This document shows, one piece after another, positions 58,055 to 61,005 of a DNA stretch of 61,005 nt (within the stretch, counting starts at the first letter, position 1; each line of letters begins with the position of its first letter). The translations under genes were made by a program, and so were the position numbers. The DNA lies in contig CAYMUX010000002.1 in the NCBI GenBank assembly GCA_964393845.1, positions 4,741 to 65,745 of the forward strand. The letters are read 5' to 3'. The notes under the pieces were generated by a model that saw nothing but the letters and a program-made list of their open reading frames with translations, made no database searches and was not told the origin of the DNA. Source of the stretch: an uncultured Nitrospiraceae bacterium. GTDB lineage: Bacteria; Nitrospirota; Thermodesulfovibrionia; UBA6902.

Positions 58055-59907
58055 ATGAAAAAAATCTTTCAATCCATTTCTGTCTTGTTGCTTCTGGTCA
58101 TAGTTTTTCTAACTTACGCAAATACTGTCGACGATCTTGACCTCTGGTGGCATCTTAAAGATGGACAGCGAATATACGAAACTCATGCTAACCCTCAAAA
58201 AGATGAATTTGCTTTTACAACATATATTCCCGAAAGCATAAGCAATATTGGCAAAACAGAGGTCAACCCATCCGAACTCCCTTCAGAAAAAGTAAAGCGC
58301 TTCTTATTTATCGCACTTAAAACCAGTTGGCTGGGGCAGCTTGGTTTTTACGTTATCTATCTCTTAGGCGGTTTTAAAGGGATTGGCATTTTTAAATCAA
58401 TTATCTTCATCTCTTCCTATGCAGTTCTATACCTGACAATGCTCAAAAGGGGCGCCGGCCACTTCAGTTCACTTTTGGTTCTGAGTCTCATAGCACTTAT
58501 AGGAATTGACTTCAACTACACTAGAACACAGCTATTTTCTTACCTTCTGTTCTCCTGTACACTATACGCTCTTTACGACTTCAGAAAAGGCGGCAAATGC
58601 ATTTATTTTCTTCCAGTGCTTATGCTCATATGGGCAAACCTTCACGGAGTATTTATTTTAGGCGTCCTGATAACCATTGCCTTCGCTTTTTCTGAATTTA
58701 TTAAATATATACTGAATAATAAATTTAACATATCAGGAATTCAACCTATCTCAAAAAGACAACTACAAACATTAATACTAATTTCCTTCGCTTCTTTTTT
58801 GTTAAGTTTATTAAATCCAAATACTTATAAAACCTTTTTGTTCCCATGGATTATGAAAAGCAGTGTATTTGGAACTATTATTGAAGAGTATCGCAACCCG
58901 ATGTTCTATGAATATCATGCTTACTGGTTCATGCTTGCTTTGGTAGTCGTTTCCATTCTTATTTGTACCGCAAAGAAACGCATGGACTTGAATGAGTTGT
59001 TCCTTTCGCTTATACTCATCCCTCCGTCTTTGACTGGCCTTAAATACATCATTTTTTTGCATTGGGAACAGGGGTATTTCTAGCATATTCGTTAACATGT
59101 ACAGGGTCTAAGATTAAAGAATGGAGCCTTTATAGAAAACTTCTTGATAATAAATTAATTTCAAAACTGGAGGCGAAAAGTTTTTTTTCATTATTACCGG
59201 CAGCATTAGCTTTCATGTTTCTCATTAAAATTGCAGTAAGCGGTGTGGCGCTGAAATTTGATATGCGCGAAAAAAGATATCCTTCAAATGCAGTGGAATT
59301 TATTCAAAAAAACAGAATCCCTGGCAATATGTTCAATCTGTATAATTCAGGGGGTTATCTCATCTGGTCACTTTATCCGGATTATAAAGTTTTTATCGAC
59401 GGCCGAAATCTGAATGAAACGGCTTATTTCCATTATAATCAAATAATCGGGTCCTCAATAGGCAAAGACCCGGGAATGCCCTTATGGAAAAGGCTTCTGA
59501 ATGCCTATGATGTAAATTTTATTCTAACTACTGCGGTTTCACCAATGTGAAATATAATTCCTCTCGTGGGCAGTCTTTATCAGGACAGTGAGTGGGAATT
59601 AATTTATGAAGATGGCAAATTAATGATTTTTTTAAAAGCCTCACAAAACAATTATGATTTTATTCATCAGCGCTACCTTTCAAAAGAGAAGATATACGAT
59701 GAGATTATTAGTGAGTGCAACCTGGGAATAGCAGAAACACCTGCAACATGGGGATATTATGAGACGCTCGGTTTCATATATATGAAGCAAAACCGTTTTA
59801 CAGATGCAGCAATAATGTTTCAGAAATATCTGACCATGAATCCAAACAATGCGAACGTGCAATATTATTATGACTTACTGAAAAATTATATGGGGAACCC
59901 TCGTTAA
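58055..59907 (+). pseudogene. GT-C-like polytopic membrane protein with a C-terminal TPR, split by two lesions
   Basis: DLDLWWHL, WANLHG, GGYL..FIDGR; frameshift in T7 (59052-59058) and in-frame TGA at 59548. Confidence 0.82.
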
Positions 59908-59958
59908 AGAGTCGATGTTATGAGATAATACATTTCCTATCAGGTTATCAAAATAAAT

Positions 59959-59997
59959 AAAAAAACCCGGCTTGGTTTTATAGTCCAGCCAGGTCTT
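59959..59997 (-). terminator. Intrinsic terminator of the second OmcS-like gene
   Basis: ACCTGGCTGG / CCAAGCCGGGT stem followed by a T-run. Confidence 0.7.
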
Positions 59998-60021
59998 TAA
60001 AATATTTTCTAAAGTAGGAAT

Positions 60022-61005
60022 TTAATTTTTTGTTGTATGGCAGGTAAAACAGCCCCCTGAACCACCGCCGCCTGCTACCATTGTGTTGTAATCCCATCTC
60101 AACATATCTGGATAATTGGAAGCATGCGCCACATGACAGGAAAGGCACATGACAATAGCGCTAGTTACACCAGTGGTACCGGGATTAACAATAGCGCTGA
60201 TGCCGGAGGGGACAGTATCCCGCGCCACAGGCGCTTCAACGCTGAATTGATTGCTGCCTGTTGGGTTATAATTTGCATATTCCCCGGTGCCTGGCAAAAT
60301 CACATCGGTCGGATGTCTGGTAAACGGCGAACTATTATCACCGCCTATTTTTTCTAAAATATGAATGTTCTGGTGGCATGTGGCGCAGAACATGCTCATC
60401 GTATGGTTTGTAGGCTGTACACCATTGCCGGTATGACAGGAAGCAAGACTGCAACCGCCGCCAAAATCAATTGGGGATGTAGCCCCGAAGTACTCATTAT
60501 GTTCATTTGAATCAAAGTTCTGCCATTTATTAGCGCCTGCTGTATTTTCATAACCATAAACACCCATTAGGAATCTGTAACTGTTTTGAGGCGTATCAGC
60601 AACATCGAGCTTCCCGTCTACATTGTTATGATGAATCCCTTTGAAAGCCGGAACAGGTTTTTTACGAATGCCGTGACAGCCGAAATTCCCGTAACAGGTA
60701 ATATCTACTCCGATATCATTGGGATCATGGTGTCCCGGAGGCTCTGTCAATGTACTTTCAGGGTCACCGATATCTGTCACATTATGCCCCTTGGCATCAG
60801 ATGCGCCGCTGCCCTTTGTTCCCAGGATATATGCAAAGTTGCCGCCTGCTAAATCAGCGCCTGCAGCGGTATGATAAACCTGAGGGATCTCGCTGGCGCC
60901 TATGGTTACAATTTTAGAAGTGCCGATTCCGTGACATCCGAGGCAATCGCCTCGTGTAAGTGACTTATAAGGACCAGTGCCTTTCCACGGCTTACCGGAC
61001 GCTCC
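60022..61005 (-). CDS. Second OmcS-like multiheme cytochrome, 5' end outside the window
   Basis: Frame open to the edge: [56 protein letters not shown]; paralog of 27724-28821. Confidence 0.88.
   Translation of the reverse strand, partial: GASGKPWKGTGPYKSLTRGDCLGCHGIGTSKIVTIGASEIPQVYHTAAGADLAGGNFAYILGTKGSGASDAKGHNVTDIGDPESTLTEPPGHHDPNDIGVDITCYGNFGCHGIRKKPVPAFKGIHHNNVDGKLDVADTPQNSYRFLMGVYGYENTAGANKWQNFDSNEHNEYFGATSPIDFGGGCSLASCHTGNGVQPTNHTMSMFCATCHQNIHILEKIGGDNSSPFTRHPTDVILPGTGEYANYNPTGSNQFSVEAPVARDTVPSGISAIVNPGTTGVTSAIVMCLSCHVAHASNYPDMLRWDYNTMVAGGGGSGGCFTCHTTKN

Noticed and set aside
59548-59550. Selenocysteine TGA
   Set aside because: No redox-Cys context, no obvious SECIS-like hairpin downstream, and the gene has a second lesion.

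Overview
61-kb bacterial window, moderately AT-rich. Gene content suggests an anaerobic Gram-negative such as a Nitrospirota/Desulfobacterota member (inference only). Five blocks: (1) 1-5.3 kb, a truncated Cache/HAMP HisKA_3 sensor kinase behind a degenerate GEMM-like leader and terminator, then modE, a MoeA-like gene, moaA and a TPR gene; (2) 5.3-20 kb, comEC between two toxin-antitoxin pairs and a SNF2 helicase-Mod-YhcG-Res defence locus with a stray copy of the mod 3' end; (3) 20-25 kb, ccsA-hemA-hemC, a SurA_N protein and a receiver protein; (4) 25-43 kb and 60-61 kb, a multiheme-cytochrome locus with two OmcS-like genes carrying non-canonical heme motifs, 8-, 16- and 26-heme cytochromes, a foldase, CsgG/PelC-like proteins, a beta-barrel and beta-propellers, one of them a chimera from a tandem duplication; (5) 43.5-60 kb, a Wzm/Wzt glycan cluster and two GT-C/TPR enzymes (one broken) lying between the cytochrome genes. 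The best candidate for an undescribed system is the OmcS-like filament locus with its own assembly and glycosylation genes. Two families of short palindromic elements are also inserted in-frame into housekeeping and defence proteins. No rRNA, tRNA, CRISPR array or transposase was recognised. All family calls come from reading motifs by eye; no searches were run.
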